Source: a virus
DNA length: 64,000 bases
Strand: one strand, 5' to 3'
Virus record (IMG/VR): IMGVR_UViG_3300046697_000072
In this document: one piece after another, positions 62,049 through 64,000 of the stretch
How positions within the stretch are numbered: the stretch's first letter is position 1
How the letters are laid out: each line of letters opens with the position of its first letter
Position numbers and translations under genes: made by a program
Notes under the pieces: model-generated
Databases searched by the model: none
Seen by the model: the letters and a program-made list of their open reading frames with translations, nothing else
Told to the model about the DNA's origin: nothing

Positions 62049-62077
62049 ATGCTAACTCTTGACACCGAAAATGTCAA
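62049..62077 (-). promoter_or_regulatory. Sigma-70-type promoter
   Basis: Minus strand: TTTTCTC-TTGACA (62077-62072), 17-nt spacer, TAGCAT (62054-62049). Confidence 0.7.
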
Positions 62078-62078
62078 G

Positions 62079-62119
62079 AGAAAAAGCAACGGCCCGCCCC
62101 GGTTTCCCGAAGCGGGCCG
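62079..62119 (-). terminator. Rho-independent terminator
   Basis: Minus strand: CGGCCCGC...GCGGGCCG, an 8-bp GC stem (62090-62119), followed by TTGCTTTTTC. It lies 26 nt after stop 62145. Confidence 0.7.
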
Positions 62120-62144
62120 CGTGCCGTGCCGACCTGAGTGAGGC

Positions 62145-62606
62145 TCAGATCCTTTGAAGGGTCACAACAATTTCTCCCACGCCGGGGTTGGCCGATGGGA
62201 TCGTCCACATCCAGCCCAGGGCATCGCCCTGCGCCAGTTGGTTACGAGTGGTTGAGTTGAGGATCGTGCCGTACCGCGAAGTGTCTGCGGCGGCAGTATG
62301 GTCGATGGTCGAGGCCAGAACCGGGAACGCGGAAGACCCGAGGGTCGATCCGTTCCAGGCTTTTACCAGCATACCAGTGGTCGATCCCACAACTTCGTGT
62401 CGCTCGGTAACGGCGATCACTTGAGCCGGGGCATCGGCCACCCAGATGGGTTGTGTGTCCAAGGTCTGCCAGAGGGTAGACCCGAAGGTGGAGCCAACTA
62501 AGTCGAGGCTCACCGTAAACGTTTCGAGGGCGGGGGACTCGGAGGACCCCATGACGTTACCGGCAGAGTCTACCGGAAGCCCAGATTTGAAGATTTGAGT
62601 AATCAT
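62145..62606 (-). CDS. Virion protein (153 aa)
   Basis: Track ORF. Last gene of the capsid-proximal unit, followed by the terminator. Confidence 0.6.
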   Translation of the reverse strand: MITQIFKSGLPVDSAGNVMGSSESPALETFTVSLDLVGSTFGSTLWQTLDTQPIWVADAPAQVIAVTERHEVVGSTTGMLVKAWNGSTLGSSAFPVLASTIDHTAAADTSRYGTILNSTTRNQLAQGDALGWMWTIPSANPGVGEIVVTLQRI

Positions 62607-62624
62607 ATGTTCTTTGGTCCTCTC

Positions 62625-62855
62625 TTACACGCCCGGTGCTACCGGCCCCAGAGCGATGGTACACCAGCCGCCAGGGCTTCCCCCGGAAACGCAGACCCAG
62701 GCCCAAGTGCTTGTCGCCACCGTGGGGTACTGATTGATGATCATGTCCCCCAACTGGTACGTGCCTTCACTCGATGAGCCGATGGGTGCCCCGGAACCGT
62801 AGTACTTGGTGTTCGCCGGTCCCCAGTTGTCGCCGTAAGTGATTCCTGATGGCAT
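62625..62855 (-). CDS. Small virion protein (76 aa)
   Basis: Track ORF, Gly/Trp-rich. Confidence 0.5.
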   Translation of the reverse strand: MPSGITYGDNWGPANTKYYGSGAPIGSSSEGTYQLGDMIINQYPTVATSTWAWVCVSGGSPGGWCTIALGPVAPGV

Positions 62856-62869
62856 GTCTCATTCCTCCC

Positions 62870-63352
62870 TTACAGCACGTTGGCCTTGGTTGTGCTCGAT
62901 CCGTACTGCGGCATGGTCGCTGGCGTCTGGACTTCCGTGACCAGAACGTCAATGTTCACCACACCAGCCGTAGCAACCGAGCAAGCAGCGCCGGTTGGCG
63001 TCAGGGTAGCCGCCAGCGTCACCGCCGAAAGCTGGCCCGAAGCCTGAGCGAAGGTCTCCACCAGCGCACCGTCGTAGACGGCCTGCATGATGTCGTAATC
63101 CTTCACGAAGAAATCGGTCACGCCTCCGGATTTTCCAACCCGAAGAACAAGTGCCGAGAGAGCGCCCCCGGAGAAAGCCACGCTGGACTTCACCCGGATG
63201 TACTCGATAATCGCGCCAACACTGAGAGTCCCCAGGGTCCAGGTCTTTGCGCCTGTCCCTGAAGTCGCCGCCAGATCCGCGTAGCTGATCTGGTAAGAGT
63301 GGAGCACCCGCACCATCGTGAGCCGCTGGTCATTTGCAGTAGGATTTGCCAT
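62870..63352 (-). CDS. Head decoration/accessory-type protein (160 aa)
   Basis: Track ORF immediately downstream of the capsid gene. The functional label comes from position only. Confidence 0.55.
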   Translation of the reverse strand: MANPTANDQRLTMVRVLHSYQISYADLAATSGTGAKTWTLGTLSVGAIIEYIRVKSSVAFSGGALSALVLRVGKSGGVTDFFVKDYDIMQAVYDGALVETFAQASGQLSAVTLAATLTPTGAACSVATAGVVNIDVLVTEVQTPATMPQYGSSTTKANVL

Positions 63353-63364
63353 TGTCGTCTCTCC

Positions 63365-64000
63365 TTAGAACAGCGTACTCTGAAGCTGGAACCCGGTCCT
63401 GGGGCTCGGAACCAGAAGGTTGCTGGCCACCAAGAACTGGCCCGCCACATCCAAGTCATCCTTCGCGCCCTTGAACCCGGTCCACCCATACTGGAACAGC
63501 GGAACCTGCGAGAACCACCAGTGGATGTACTTCGAGTTGATCCCGAACATCCGCCCGATGGGGCTGCTGCCAGTTGGCAAATACCGGGAAATCACCACGT
63601 CCGCTGCGTTGAACTTCACGTTCTGGAATCCAACGTTGGCCAGATCGTTGTCTGTGTTGCCGTACCGCATGGAGGGCTGAAGTGACTGCCAGATCAGGCT
63701 CCATCCGTTCGGAGTCACCGGCATGATGTCCGGGTGATCCGATCCCCAGCAGGCGTTCTGATACGCCGTGTTGACTTGCGCCAGCGTGAAACTGGTCAGC
63801 GTGGCAAAGTAGGCGTTCAATCCGCCCACCGTCCCGTTCGCCATCCCGTTCACGTCCGTCCGGAGCTGGCCACCAACGCTCGGGAAGTTCGTCCCGTCGT
63901 CGTACCACTCCTCCAAACCGTTCAGGTACTTCTGCCGGTTCGTCGCTTGCCCGTTCAGGTACATGTTCGTCGCAAGAATCTTCGCCATCTTCAGCGAAGC
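63365..64000 (-). CDS. Major capsid protein-like, 5'-partial (N-terminus beyond the window)
   Basis: The frame stays open past Met 63988 to the window edge. The C-terminal pattern ...GFQNVKFNAADVVISRYLP...MFGINSKYIHWW...DLDVAGQFLVASNLLVPSPR... resembles HK97-fold capsid C-termini. Confidence 0.6.
   Translation of the reverse strand, partial: ASLKMAKILATNMYLNGQATNRQKYLNGLEEWYDDGTNFPSVGGQLRTDVNGMANGTVGGLNAYFATLTSFTLAQVNTAYQNACWGSDHPDIMPVTPNGWSLIWQSLQPSMRYGNTDNDLANVGFQNVKFNAADVVISRYLPTGSSPIGRMFGINSKYIHWWFSQVPLFQYGWTGFKGAKDDLDVAGQFLVASNLLVPSPRTGFQLQSTLF
63628..63641. repeat. GTSCAACGTTGSAC dyad motif, near copy
   Basis: ATCCAACGTTGGCC. The core is exact and flank positions 1 and 13 are off consensus. 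Inside the capsid gene. Confidence 0.6.

Noticed and set aside
62056-62064. Plus-strand TTGACA at 62059-62064 as a rightward promoter
   Set aside because: No -10-like hexamer lies 16-19 nt downstream. It is the left arm of the inverted repeat whose right arm is the -35 box of the leftward promoter.
675-63641. Dyad motif interpreted as a LexA box, a parS site, a Chi site or a restriction-avoidance signal
   Set aside because: It does not match the LexA consensus sequences I know (CTGT-N8-ACAG, GAAC-N4-GTTC and variants) or the parS consensus (TGTTNCACGTGAAACA). Chi-type signals are asymmetric and orientation-biased, and this motif is neither. Restriction sites such as AACGTT (AclI type) are normally depleted in phages, not enriched 20-fold.

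Overview
The window is one contiguous, tightly packed tailed-phage or prophage segment, moderately GC-rich, with AGGAG-type ribosome-binding sites and canonical TTGACA-N17-TAnnnT promoters. It has four transcription blocks. (i) 1-12.9 kb, rightward early/recombination block: a pentapeptide-repeat protein, a phage beta clamp, a RecT-like annealase with a PD-(D/E)XK exonuclease, a KTSC protein and an SF2 helicase. (ii) 12.9-22.3 kb, leftward operon of translationally coupled giant fibre/depolymerase-like proteins that start with Sec-type signal peptides. (iii) 22.6-30.6 kb, rightward block: HNH nucleases, a replication-initiator-like protein, DnaB, an HExxH protein and RusA. (iv) 30.5-64 kb, leftward virion block in a podovirus-like order. 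That order is capsid (partial at the window edge), small head proteins, a glycosyltransferase island interrupted by homing-endonuclease cassettes, adaptor-like paralogues, a 1740-aa beta-helix fibre, a 1549-aa tail protein, a GNAT, then three large ejectosome-like proteins. I recognised no rRNA, tRNA, CRISPR, integrase, terminase or portal. The strongest signal is a dispersed 14-bp dyad motif, GTSCAACGTTGSAC. I found at least 21 copies with the exact core CAACGTTG plus 2 near copies, where about 1 is expected by chance. The copies occur in all three reading frames, in intergenic DNA and in both orientations. About half sit on or next to translation starts or just upstream of promoters, and the motif is absent from the signal-peptide fibre genes. 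Other points worth follow-up are a sigma-70 region-2-like segment at the C-terminus of a 928-aa putative ejection protein, the virion-block glycosylation island, a structured ~240-nt non-coding leader between tandem and divergent promoters at 22.3-22.6 kb, and several short ORFs missing from the ORF track. All calls rest on reading the sequence and remembering protein-family motifs. No searches were run, and the motif counts come from a visual scan, so they are minima.
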